Part shown: one piece after another, positions 1 through 9,422 of the stretch
How positions within the stretch are numbered: the first letter of the stretch is position 1
How the letters are laid out: each line of letters opens with the position of its first letter
DNA from: Alphaproteobacteria bacterium
GTDB taxonomy: Bacteria > Pseudomonadota > Alphaproteobacteria > JBFXJJ01
Assembly: GCA_050175015.1 (NCBI GenBank)
Contig: JBFXJJ010000012.1
Coordinates: 22,549 to 86,548 of the forward strand
Reading direction: 5' to 3'
Length of the DNA stretch: 64,000 nucleotides
The notes under the pieces: generated by a model
The model's input: only the letters and a program-made list of their open reading frames with translations
Told to the model about the DNA's origin: nothing
Databases searched by the model: none
Made by a program: the position numbers and the translations under genes

Positions 1-177
1 AATTGATTTAGCAAAATCTTCACCTGAAAGACTTTCAAGTTTTCCTTGATATCTATTGGCAAATCTTTCTGCCATTGTTGCAACTTTAGTAAGTTCGTTT
101 TTAAATTCAGGTGAATCATAACTTGGGTAAAGATCTGTTAGATCCCAATTAGGAAGAGCTTCTTTAGTCTCGCTCAT
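1..177 (-). CDS. pepF: Oligoendopeptidase F (M3B family), N-terminal part; runs off the window
   Basis: Manual translation MSETKEALPNWDLTDLYPSYDSPEF...; LPxWDLxDLY is the typical M3B N-terminus; AGGAG RBS upstream. Confidence 0.75.
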   Translation of the reverse strand, partial: MSETKEALPNWDLTDLYPSYDSPEFKNELTKVATMAERFANRYQGKLESLSGEDFAKSI

Positions 178-507
178 TAGCTTTATCTCCTTGAAATAGC
201 AGGTAATAAAAAATATTAATTATTTATAACCCATTTTGTCTTGTTTGTAAATAATTTTGTCAAATGTTATATAAAAAAAGAGATGTTTATCAATGTTTTT
301 AGTTTTATGATTATGGACATAATATAAATGATTGAAATTGTTTAAAAATGTTTTGATACCGCTAAGACAAGGAAAAGCTAAACTTCCATACAACAAAATG
401 AAATATGCTCTAAATTACGAAGCAATTTTTTCGTTTATTCAAAAGAATAACCCTCTTGAGAAATTTGTGCTCTAACTCTGATTATAAATTTTATGAAAAA
501 TAGGCAT

Positions 508-535
508 AAAAAAACCGCCATAAAGACGGTTTTTT
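508..535 (-). terminator. Intrinsic terminator downstream of tRNA-Gly
   Basis: Minus-strand hairpin ACCGTC/GGCGGT with A/T tracts on both sides. Confidence 0.7.
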
Positions 536-547
536 AAAGCATCAAAT

Positions 548-622
548 TGGAGCGGGTGAAGGGATTCGAACCCTCGACATCAACCTTGGCAAGGTTGCGC
601 TCTACCCCTGAGCTACGCCCGC
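548..622 (-). tRNA. tRNA-Gly(GCC)
   Basis: Reverse complement GCGGGCGTAGCTCAGGGGTAGAGCGCAACCTTGCCAAGGTTG...GGTTCGAATCCCTTCACCCGCTCCA; cloverleaf, anticodon GCC, encoded CCA. Confidence 0.97.
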
Positions 623-715
623 AAAAAATGTAACTTCGCAAAATAATAAAATAAAACTATAAATTTGCAAGCAAAAAATGATAAAATGTAAAAAAAAATA
701 ATTTAGGATAAAACA

Positions 716-889
716 ATGGAGAATGTTGAAGCTAAGCTATTAGAAAGTCTTACTTGTCCGATAACAAAAAGACCTCTTAGATATGATAAAAAAGCACAGG
801 AATTAATCAGTGACGAAGCAAAACTTGCTTTTCCTATCAAAGATGGAGTACCTATTATCGTTGTTTCTTGTGCAAGAAGTTTAGATTAG
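716..889 (+). CDS. Trm112-like / UPF0434 (YcaR) family protein, 57 aa (not in the ORF track)
   Basis: Manual translation MENVEAKLLESLTCPITKRPLRYDKKAQELISDEAKLAFPIKDGVPIIVVSCARSLD; LxCP...L...AFPIxDGxP signature; AGGA RBS. Confidence 0.88.
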   Translation: MENVEAKLLESLTCPITKRPLRYDKKAQELISDEAKLAFPIKDGVPIIVVSCARSLD

Positions 890-1149
890 TTCTTAGAATT
901 TGGTTTTTCTTCTAAAGATTGCCATTTGTTTATTATTAGTATTTCTTCTTCTGCTGCTGAAATATCTTTGCTTTTTGTTCCAAAGTCAGGGAATGCATTA
1001 GGAGCTTGAAGCCCCTCTACTCTGCCCGCATTAAATTCGGCATTATAATTTACGGTCTTGTTTTCAATAATATCGACTTGAGGGGCAGAAGAGCACCCTT
1101 CAAGCATAGATATAAAAAAGATACTTAGTGCAATAAATAATTTTTTCAT
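886..1149 (-). CDS. Hypothetical small lipoprotein
   Basis: Signal peptide with lipobox LEGC. Confidence 0.6.
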   Translation of the reverse strand: MKKLFIALSIFFISMLEGCSSAPQVDIIENKTVNYNAEFNAGRVEGLQAPNAFPDFGTKSKDISAAEEEILIINKWQSLEEKPNSKN

Positions 1150-1194
1150 AAATTTATATTGGCTTAACTAAAAATATTTAGCAATATTGTTATT

Positions 1195-2166
1195 ATGAAA
1201 AAGATATTAAAAAAATACAATTTATGGATATTGGTGCTTCTTTCTTTTGTTGTTGCCAGCTGTCAACATCAAGGTGATAGAATAAACCAAGAATCCGAAA
1301 TGCTTTATCCTAAGTCTCACAGAGTTTTTCGCAATTATACGCTTGATGGTGTTATATACTCAACGGACGATATTCCGCAATATGACGTCGGCGATGCTTT
1401 TCTTTATAGCGACGGCTATATTGAGGTTGTATCAGATGTTGATGCTAATTATATCAAGTGGCAGTTACTTGATGGCAGTTTTTATATTTCGAGCAAAAAT
1501 ATTTTTTTACCAGCAATTAAAAAAGTTATTAACGATGGTGTCGGCGGCACGATAACGATTGAAAATGATTTTGATATCAAGAAAAACTTTTTATGGCCGA
1601 TAAGGGTTGGGCTGTATGACAAGGTTGATGTTAAGGAAACCGTTGTCAGCGATGGCAACAAACAGGACTTTAAATATCAGTGGGAATGCTTGGTTGTTGG
1701 TGATGAAACTATAAATAATTCCGTAAATAAGTTTGACACTTTTGTTGTTGAGTGTAACAAAAAAAGATATGGAATGTCCTATGAGAAGCAGATTTTTTAT
1801 TATGCTCCAGAGGTAGGAAAATTTGCCAGAGTATCTAGTGTTAGTTATCCAAATGATATTGCTAAAACGATAGACATTGTTGCTTATGGTTTGATGCCTA
1901 GTGCTATGCCTAAGAAGCTTGAGGCAGAATTGATAAGTTTCGTTCAATATGCCTTGGAGACTAGACTTTCTGGTGTAAGCATTACTAAAAAAAGCGGAGA
2001 GCTTTTAATTGAAGTTAAACCTTATGATACATATCAAACTGATAAGGGTTATTTTTGCCGTGATTATGAACAAAAATTAACAGTAAGAGGCAGGATTTCA
2101 ACCCAAAAAGGTACGGCTTGCAAAAGTGATACTGGAATATGGCAAACGCCAGCCCCAAAAGGTTAA
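1195..2166 (+). CDS. Lipoprotein with C-terminal 17-kDa surface-antigen-like (RT0821/Lpp0805) domain
   Basis: Lipobox VASC; C-terminal YCR.YEQ...GTAC....G.W motif. Confidence 0.65.
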   Translation: MKKILKKYNLWILVLLSFVVASCQHQGDRINQESEMLYPKSHRVFRNYTLDGVIYSTDDIPQYDVGDAFLYSDGYIEVVSDVDANYIKWQLLDGSFYISSKNIFLPAIKKVINDGVGGTITIENDFDIKKNFLWPIRVGLYDKVDVKETVVSDGNKQDFKYQWECLVVGDETINNSVNKFDTFVVECNKKRYGMSYEKQIFYYAPEVGKFARVSSVSYPNDIAKTIDIVAYGLMPSAMPKKLEAELISFVQYALETRLSGVSITKKSGELLIEVKPYDTYQTDKGYFCRDYEQKLTVRGRISTQKGTACKSDTGIWQTPAPKG

Positions 2167-2257
2167 AACGCTTTGGTTATAATCCATACCAAAACAGTTT
2201 AATTGTAGACCTTAATAAAATAACCAAAGCTACGTATAGTTTGTAGTCCTATTATTT

Positions 2258-4609
2258 TTATTTTGAACCAGTTACACCATAGCCGCAATATTTAGGCGGG
2301 TTATATATCAAAATTTTAGAGACATTAGTAAACGTAAGTTTGGTTGCGCCTCGTGATAAAACACCGCTAACATCGGGCATTTGGTTATGTCTTGATTGAA
2401 ATTCCCTAACATCTTGCAGGCTCATGCGAAGTCCATTTTGAAAATCAACATTCCAACCATAAGTGCTTGCTCCAATATCAACTAAAATAACATTAGTTTC
2501 TTCGTTGCCAAAGAAGGTCTGTTCACCCATATCACTTGAGAACTTAAAAACATTAGTTAAAGCTTCTGGCTCATTTTCAAAGCTTGGTTCCGATTGTTTC
2601 TCATTTGAGGTTCGAACAAAAACTCCTTTTAAGTTATGGAAATATAAAATATCGTTGTTGGATCCTACAAGCATACCGTTAGCATTAGGGAAAGTTATGA
2701 AGCTTCCCGCTTTATCGTTTAGAGAAATTACTCTGCTGTCAGATAGAACTAGTCCCCAGTCATCATTTCCTGATAGTCCAAGATGATTCAGCACAAAACC
2801 GTGTTCATTTTCATATGCAATATCTAATTTTGAACTTGGAACTGTTATTTTAGCAATATTTCTAAATTCGGCCTTAGCCCCATTTTTAGCAAGAAGAACC
2901 CCACTTCTGCCGTGAGGAATTGTTTGACCAGGAAGAGTTATTGTCTGCCCCGTTTTTTCATTAATAGGGATAATTGATAAAACATTAATAACTAAATGCC
3001 AATTTAACAAACTTTGAGCATTATCATTTAATATTATGTAAGGCTTGTTTTCATCAGCAACAAAAGTTTTTGTTCCCTCGTTTGAACCAAAAACAAAGGA
3101 TTGATTAAGATAAGCGTCGATTTCCTCATTTTTTAAACTTTTGATTTTTGGATCAGATGATATTTTAACAATTGTTTCTGTTGATGCATCAGTGCTAGCA
3201 ATAGGCGCTTGAACTTGAGTTATAATAGGAGTTTGTGGTGCCGCATCGCTTGTTGATGCTGCGGCAACTTCTTCCATCTTTTGCTCGTCTTCTTCAACGT
3301 ATTCAACAACCTCTTCAACTACTTCCTCACCTTCGGCGACTGGCGCATCTTCTTCAACGTATTCAATAACTTCTTCGACTACTTCTTCACCTTCGGAGGC
3401 CGGAGCATCTTCTTCAACGTATTCTACAACTTCTTCGACTACCTCTTCACCTTCGGAGGCCGGAGCATCTTCCTCAACGTATTCAATAACTTCTTCGACT
3501 ACTTCTTCACCTTCGGAGGCCGGAGCATCTTCCTCAACGTATTCAATAACTTCCTCGATTACTTCTTCACCTTCGGAGGCCGGAGCATCTTCCTCAACGT
3601 ATTCAATAACTTCTTCTACTACTTCTTCACCTTCGGCGACTGGCGCGTCTTCCTCAACGTATTCTACAACTTCTTCGACTACTTCTTCACCCTCGGCAAC
3701 TGGAACATCTTCTTCAACGTATTCGACAACTTCTTCGACTACTTCTTCACCCTCGGCAACTGGAACATCTTCTTCAACGTATTCAATAACCTCTTCGACT
3801 ACTTCTTCACCTTCGGCAACTGGAGCGTCCTCTTCAACGTATTCAATAACTTCTTCGACTACTTCTTCACCCTCGGCAACTGGAACATCTTCTTCAACGT
3901 ATTCGATAACTTCCTCGATTACCTCTTCACCCTCGGCGACGGGAGCTTCTTCTTCAACGTATTCGACAACTTCTTCGACTACTTCTTCACCTTCGGCAAC
4001 TGGCGCATCTTCTTCAACGTATTCTACAACCTCTTCAACTACTTCTTCGCCTTCAGCGATTGGAGCTTCTTCCTCGACGTACTCGACAACTTCTTCGATT
4101 ATTTCTTCCCCTTCGGCAACTGGCGCATCTTCTTCAACGTATTCAATAACTTCTTCGACTACTTCCTCACCTTCGGCAACAGGAGTGTCCTCTTCAACGT
4201 ATTCGATAACTTCCTCGATTACCTCTTCACCTTCGGAGGCCGGAGCATCTTCTTCAACGTATTCTACAACCTCTTCAACTACTTCTTCACCCTCGGCAAC
4301 TGGAGTGTCCTCTTCAACGTATTCGATAACTTCCTCGATTACCTCTTCACCCTCGGCAGCGGGAGCATCTTCTTCAACGTATTCGACAACTTCCTCAATT
4401 ACTTCCTCACCTTCGGCAGCGGGAGCATCTTCTTCAACGTACTCAATAACTTCCTCGACTACCTCTTCACCTTCGGCAACTGGCGCGTCCTCTTCAACGT
4501 ATTCGACAACCTCTTCGACTACTTCCTCAGGAGCAGGGGCTTTACTTGCTAGTGTGGGATTAACCGCTGTTGGAGTTGCAGGTTTAGTAGGATTTTGCTG
4601 TTCATTCAT
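2258..4609 (-). CDS. Hypothetical protein with long acidic 20-aa tandem repeat and C-terminal globular region
   Basis: 783-aa ORF; most repeat variation is synonymous or conservative in this frame. Confidence 0.8.
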   Translation of the reverse strand: MNEQQNPTKPATPTAVNPTLASKAPAPEEVVEEVVEYVEEDAPVAEGEEVVEEVIEYVEEDAPAAEGEEVIEEVVEYVEEDAPAAEGEEVIEEVIEYVEEDTPVAEGEEVVEEVVEYVEEDAPASEGEEVIEEVIEYVEEDTPVAEGEEVVEEVIEYVEEDAPVAEGEEIIEEVVEYVEEEAPIAEGEEVVEEVVEYVEEDAPVAEGEEVVEEVVEYVEEEAPVAEGEEVIEEVIEYVEEDVPVAEGEEVVEEVIEYVEEDAPVAEGEEVVEEVIEYVEEDVPVAEGEEVVEEVVEYVEEDVPVAEGEEVVEEVVEYVEEDAPVAEGEEVVEEVIEYVEEDAPASEGEEVIEEVIEYVEEDAPASEGEEVVEEVIEYVEEDAPASEGEEVVEEVVEYVEEDAPASEGEEVVEEVIEYVEEDAPVAEGEEVVEEVVEYVEEDEQKMEEVAAASTSDAAPQTPIITQVQAPIASTDASTETIVKISSDPKIKSLKNEEIDAYLNQSFVFGSNEGTKTFVADENKPYIILNDNAQSLLNWHLVINVLSIIPINEKTGQTITLPGQTIPHGRSGVLLAKNGAKAEFRNIAKITVPSSKLDIAYENEHGFVLNHLGLSGNDDWGLVLSDSRVISLNDKAGSFITFPNANGMLVGSNNDILYFHNLKGVFVRTSNEKQSEPSFENEPEALTNVFKFSSDMGEQTFFGNEETNVILVDIGASTYGWNVDFQNGLRMSLQDVREFQSRHNQMPDVSGVLSRGATKLTFTNVSKILIYNPPKYCGYGVTGSK
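3287..4528 (-). repeat. 60-bp coding tandem repeat, 20 full copies plus 1 partial (EEV[VI]EEV[VI]EYVEE[DE]xPxxEG)
   Basis: Successive 60-nt lines 3301-4501 are near-identical and in register. Confidence 0.97.
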
Positions 4610-4699
4610 AAAAGAAGTTCCCCATTTTTAAGAATTATTATAAAGTTATAAGATACAATACAAATTATCAGATATCAAAAATTTATTTGCCGTAAATCC

Positions 4700-6553
4700 T
4701 TATTTAGGTTGTGTCCAATCTTTCTTTAATCGCTCTATTCTTAAGCTGAATAATCCTAATTCATGCATAAATTCGCGAGGCAGACGTTGCAAATCAGCGA
4801 AAGGCCTTAAAAACTCTTTGTGTTCAATGACATATTGGCGAGTTTTTTTGGCGTCAACGGTGAATAGAGAATCAAAGCGCTCTCTGTTTATTTCTTGGTT
4901 CGCCCAGTTGATGTCCTGATATCTCGGAACCATACCAAAAGGAGATTCTATAGCGCAGTTCTTTCCTTTTGCTCGATCTATAATCCATTTTAGCAAGCTG
5001 AAATTGTTCTCACCATTAACCCAAATTAAATTGCCATTTTGATCACGTCTAAAGAAGTTCATTCTAAAAACAGGAGGAGGAGCTGATATATTATATCCTG
5101 CTTTAAGCCATAAGGCAAAGTAGTCTCCCATATTAGAACCACAGAAGGTAAGCATACCCATAGGATCTTTAATATAGGTGTCACATTTGGCATTTAAATC
5201 ACTGCAGTTTTCCGTTTCCATTGTTGCGGCGAGATAAACTCCGTGGCTCCAGTTAAAGGATTGGAAAATCAAAGGAGTTGAGCTGCTGCCTCGGCTGCTG
5301 AATACAAATGCTGAGATAGGAAGTTTTTTATCGGCATATAATTCATAAGAAAAAGAAGGACAGTTGCTTAAAGGTGAGGCATAACGTGCACTTTGATGGG
5401 TTGCAATTTTTCTATTTTCTGGAATCCAGTCGTGTCCCTGCCAATCTACAAGGTGGTGAGGAGGCGTATCTAACCCTTCCCACCAAATATCGCCGTCATC
5501 TGTTATCGCAACATTGGTAAAGATGGTCGATTTTTTTATGGTTTCAATAATGTTTTTATTTTTTAAACTAGTATTTGATAAAATTCCAAAAAATCCTTTT
5601 TCGGGATTGGTTGCATAAAAATAACCATCATCATTAGGTCTAATCCAAGCAACATCGTCACCAATGGTATAGATTTTGTATCCACTGAATTTTTCAGGAA
5701 TGTTAAGTGTTGCCATTGATGTTTTGCCGCCGTTGTCAGGTGAAGCAAAAGCAATGCAGCTTTTTTCACCTTTGTCATCTTCAACAGCAAGCAGAGACAT
5801 ATGCAAAGGAAACCATCCCTGATTGAGTCCAATATATGAAGCCATTTTAAGCCCAGCTGCATAACGTGATAAAATAGCATTTTCGCCATATCCACTGCCA
5901 AAAGACCATATTTCTTGAGTTTCTGGGAAGCTTGCAATACATATGCTTTCAAGATTGCAGGGCCAAGAAACATCTTTTTGATTTTCTTTTAAAGGACAGC
6001 CAACAGAGTGAACACAATGGATAAAATCGCCATAAGAACCTAAAGCATCAAGTACCGATTGTCCTGTACTGGTTAAAATATGTAGATGCGTAACAACATA
6101 AGGTGAATCTGTTATTTCTATTCCGACTAAAGAATCTGAGGAATCAAGAGCTCCTAAGCTGAATGGAACAACATATAATGTTCTTCCAGCCATACAGCCA
6201 TTGAATAAATTTGAAATATTTTCTCGAAGTTCTCTAGGAGGTGCCCAGTTGTTTGTTGGTCCTGCATCAATTTCTTTAGCTGTGCATAGGTAAGTATGTT
6301 CATTGTGAATTTTAGTGTCTTCAGGATGGGTACGGCAAACGTAACTGTTAGGTCTTTTTGCTTGGTTTAACTTAATATACGTTCCTTTGGCAACCATTGA
6401 CTGACAAAGGCTGTTAAACATCGTTTCGCTACCATCATACCAGACAACATCACGAGGTTTACATAAGTCAACAATTTCATTAATCCAAGAGATTACTTTG
6501 GAGTTATTAGTATGATTTTGATTATTAATTAAGCTTTCCATAAATATAAACAC
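4700..6553 (-). CDS. GTP-dependent PEP carboxykinase-like protein with degenerate active site
   Basis: PEPCK-GTP fold motifs DAGPTNNW, MAGRTLYVVPFS, EITDSPYV, GSGYG, GDDVAW, NPEKGFFG, IFTNVA are present; key catalytic residues are substituted (see findings). Confidence 0.85.
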   Translation of the reverse strand: MFIFMESLINNQNHTNNSKVISWINEIVDLCKPRDVVWYDGSETMFNSLCQSMVAKGTYIKLNQAKRPNSYVCRTHPEDTKIHNEHTYLCTAKEIDAGPTNNWAPPRELRENISNLFNGCMAGRTLYVVPFSLGALDSSDSLVGIEITDSPYVVTHLHILTSTGQSVLDALGSYGDFIHCVHSVGCPLKENQKDVSWPCNLESICIASFPETQEIWSFGSGYGENAILSRYAAGLKMASYIGLNQGWFPLHMSLLAVEDDKGEKSCIAFASPDNGGKTSMATLNIPEKFSGYKIYTIGDDVAWIRPNDDGYFYATNPEKGFFGILSNTSLKNKNIIETIKKSTIFTNVAITDDGDIWWEGLDTPPHHLVDWQGHDWIPENRKIATHQSARYASPLSNCPSFSYELYADKKLPISAFVFSSRGSSSTPLIFQSFNWSHGVYLAATMETENCSDLNAKCDTYIKDPMGMLTFCGSNMGDYFALWLKAGYNISAPPPVFRMNFFRRDQNGNLIWVNGENNFSLLKWIIDRAKGKNCAIESPFGMVPRYQDINWANQEINRERFDSLFTVDAKKTRQYVIEHKEFLRPFADLQRLPREFMHELGLFSLRIERLKKDWTQPK

Positions 6554-6579
6554 CTAAAATATCTAAATAAAAAATAATA

Positions 6580-7935
6580 TCATATTGGCAATGTTATTAA
6601 AACTCTTAAGCCATTAATTGGACTTTCATCAAGAGATATTTCGCCTCCGTGAGAGGTTATAATATCTTTTGCAATACTTAGTCCTAAACCAACGCCTCCT
6701 GTTGATTTGTTTCTAGAGTTGTCAATTCTGGAAAAGGCTTTAAATACCTCATCATATTTTTCTTTAGGGATGCCAATTCCGTCATCATCAATTGTTATCT
6801 TAAAATTACTTTTAGTCGCAAAGGTTGCAACAGAAATATTATGGTTACCATATTTTACGGCATTAGCAATAATATTTGTTAAGCATCTTTCAAAAGCATT
6901 TTTACGCAGTACCATTGTTGTTGAGCTGTTAATATCAAGATTAAAGCTTTTTTCGGTTTTTTTAAATTTATTCACAACATTGTTGATAATGTCTTCAACT
7001 TGAATTTTGACAGCTTTTTCTTCACCTTCGCCTCTCGCAAATGATAAATAACCCTCAATCATAGTTTCCATTTCTTCAACATCGGCTAAAAGTTCTTTGA
7101 TTTCTTCATTCGACGACATCATAGCTAATTGTAATTTCATTCGTGTAATTGGCGTTCTTAAATCATGAGAAACGCCTGCAAGCATATTAACCCTTTCAGA
7201 TATCTGTCTTTTTATGCGCTCTTTCATTAAGATAAAAGCTTGAGAGGCTTTTCTTATTTCTGAAGCTCCTTCAAGTTTGAAGTTGGAAACATCTTGTCCT
7301 TTACCAAAATTTTCTGAGGCCTGAGCTAAACGGTACACAGGGCGTATTTGGTTTTTCATAAAAATTGTAGCTATTCCAAACAATAAAATAGAAATAATAA
7401 TCATAAAGCCGATAAAAGTGTATGTTGTAGAGCTAAAGAAACGCTTGCTTGGCGTTGTAATAATTAATAATCCATCATTTAACTGTACAAAGATATTAAT
7501 TTTTTTATCATCTTTTGAACCTCCTATGGTGTAAGGATAGCTCATATTGCTTTTTAATATTTCGTTTAAAGATTCAACTAAGACCGTTGTTGGAATAGAT
7601 TCTGTTTTTTGGGGAAGTTTTTGATCTTTTTGGAAGGAAATTTCCATAAGAAGGCGCTGCTTTGCCGTTTTAAAGAGTGTGCTGTTAATGTCATCGTCAT
7701 TAAAATGATTCTTAAGCTGAATAATAAAGGTGATATCACCAACAAGATCAGTCGCTAAACGGCGAGATACGGTTTCCCAGTGACGGTTAAAAAAGAAATA
7801 GGCGGTTGTGAATTGGAAAAGCAGCAAAGGCGTAACGATGATTAAAAGAGAACGTTTTAAGAGACTCTTGGGAATAAAACGCTGCTTAAAATATTGTAAA
7901 AATGTTTTTTTTCTAATCTTTTGCTTTTCTGCCAT
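6580..7935 (-). CDS. EnvZ-like sensor histidine kinase (2 TM, HAMP, HisKA, HATPase)
   Basis: SHDLRTP H-box, NAVKY N-box, DDDGIG, GGVGLGL. Confidence 0.93.
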   Translation of the reverse strand: MAEKQKIRKKTFLQYFKQRFIPKSLLKRSLLIIVTPLLLFQFTTAYFFFNRHWETVSRRLATDLVGDITFIIQLKNHFNDDDINSTLFKTAKQRLLMEISFQKDQKLPQKTESIPTTVLVESLNEILKSNMSYPYTIGGSKDDKKINIFVQLNDGLLIITTPSKRFFSSTTYTFIGFMIIISILLFGIATIFMKNQIRPVYRLAQASENFGKGQDVSNFKLEGASEIRKASQAFILMKERIKRQISERVNMLAGVSHDLRTPITRMKLQLAMMSSNEEIKELLADVEEMETMIEGYLSFARGEGEEKAVKIQVEDIINNVVNKFKKTEKSFNLDINSSTTMVLRKNAFERCLTNIIANAVKYGNHNISVATFATKSNFKITIDDDGIGIPKEKYDEVFKAFSRIDNSRNKSTGGVGLGLSIAKDIITSHGGEISLDESPINGLRVLITLPI

Positions 7936-7944
7936 CTTATATTG

Positions 7945-8640
7945 TTATTCTGGTAACAGAATATATCCCTTGCCTCTAATTGTTTGTAGAAACTTTGGTT
8001 CTTTAGTGTCTGGCTCAATCTTTTTTCTAAGTCGTGTAATCTGAACATCTACTGTTCTTAAGTTTTGCCCTGAAAATGTTAAATCCGCAAGCGTTTCTCT
8101 AGAAACTATTTGTCCTAACTTATCGGTCATAATTTTTAGAAGCGTTTTTTCAACTGGTGAGAGGTGAACAACTACGTCTTTATAGGTTAATTTTCCAGTG
8201 TTAGGATTATAACAAGAATCACCAAACTTGATATTTTGGTAACGAGGTTTTTCATTCTTAGGGATTCTTTTGAGAATATTGTTAATTCTTAACAGCAGCT
8301 CTTTTGGTTCAAAAGGTTTGGGCAAATAGTCATCGGCACCATATTCAAGACCTGTGATGCGTTCATTTACTTCTGACATTGCCGTCAGCATTAAAATCGG
8401 GGTCATATTTTCTTTGCGGAACCTAAGAACAAATGAAAAACCATCTTCTCCAGGCATCATAACATCAACAATAAGCAAATCGAAGTTGAAGATACTTATC
8501 ATTTTGTCGGCATTCTTAGTATCTTCTGCGGTGCTTACATAAAAACCGTTTTCTAAAAGATATTTTTTTAATAAGTTTCTGAGACGATTATCATCGTCAA
8601 TCACTAGGATATGCTGCTTTTTTTTATGTATATGATTCAT
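7945..8640 (-). CDS. OmpR-family response regulator
   Basis: REC domain (DDD, DVMMP, GADDYLPKPF) plus winged helix (RTVDVQITRLRKKIE, RGKGY). Confidence 0.95.
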   Translation of the reverse strand: MNHIHKKKQHILVIDDDNRLRNLLKKYLLENGFYVSTAEDTKNADKMISIFNFDLLIVDVMMPGEDGFSFVLRFRKENMTPILMLTAMSEVNERITGLEYGADDYLPKPFEPKELLLRINNILKRIPKNEKPRYQNIKFGDSCYNPNTGKLTYKDVVVHLSPVEKTLLKIMTDKLGQIVSRETLADLTFSGQNLRTVDVQITRLRKKIEPDTKEPKFLQTIRGKGYILLPE

Positions 8641-8793
8641 AATTTAACAAGTATAATGTTTTTTATCTTATTTTACAGTATAGATTTTTCTTGTTAGCTA
8701 ATTTTAAGCATAAAAAGTATTAGAAAATCTAAAAACAGGTTTTTAAATATCAAAAACAGTAAAAATTATTAATTCGTTAAAAAATAATATAAT

Positions 8794-9354
8794 TTATTTT
8801 TCGTTAGCCATAATAACCGAGGTTGTTTTCTTTAAATAGTCATATCCTGTGATAACTGTCAAAAAGCCAGCAAACCACAAAACAATTTCACCTATATGAG
8901 AAAAATCAAAGCCTGTTATTTCGTCTTTACCAACAATTAAAATAGGAAGAGCAATCATTTGGGTAACCGCCTTCCATTTTGCCAATTTGGTAACTTTTAA
9001 TTCTGTATTATATTTGGCTAAAAAGCTGTGCAGTCCAGAAACAATAATTTCTCGGCATACAATTAAAACAGCAGGGATTAGACCCAAATTAGAAAGTCTT
9101 GAAGTTGCGGCAAGCATTAATATTGTTGCTGCTACAAGAAGCTTATCGGCAATAGTGTCAAGAAGTCTGCCATAAGAGGAAACTTGATTTGTTGAACGGG
9201 CAATCCAGCCATCGAGTAAATCAGTAAGAGCAGCTACTGCGAAAATAAAGCAAGCAATCCAATGTATATATTTATAATCAATATACATTGTTGAAAAAAC
9301 CAAAGGAATTAGCAAGATTCTAGAGATAGTTAGTATGTTTGGTAGATTAAACAC
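8794..9354 (-). CDS. pgsA: CDP-diacylglycerol--glycerol-3-phosphate 3-phosphatidyltransferase
   Basis: NLPNILT, TDLLDGWIAR...G..LD..ADK motif; follows uvrC as usual. Confidence 0.93.
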   Translation of the reverse strand: MFNLPNILTISRILLIPLVFSTMYIDYKYIHWIACFIFAVAALTDLLDGWIARSTNQVSSYGRLLDTIADKLLVAATILMLAATSRLSNLGLIPAVLIVCREIIVSGLHSFLAKYNTELKVTKLAKWKAVTQMIALPILIVGKDEITGFDFSHIGEIVLWFAGFLTVITGYDYLKKTTSVIMANEK

Positions 9355-9422
9355 GTTATGGCAGCCTTATTTTGACATTATTGATTATTTTACTCATATA
9401 TATATTTAACGTTAATTAATAA

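Noticed and set aside
2170-2230. Inverted repeat GCTTTGGTTAT/ATAACCAAAGC between convergent genes
   Set aside because: 11-bp arms with a ~40-nt loop; most simply a terminator-like structure, with no further evidence for an RNA gene or mobile element
3287-4528. Possible CRISPR array
   Set aside because: Contiguous 60-bp units with no unique spacers, in frame within a CDS, and no cas genes nearby
3281-4631. Long plus-strand ORFs (423 aa Phe-rich; 148 aa Ser/Thr-rich) over the tandem repeat
   Set aside because: Antisense shadows of the GAA-rich 60-bp repeat; variation is synonymous or conservative in the minus-strand frame, which also has unique flanking domains
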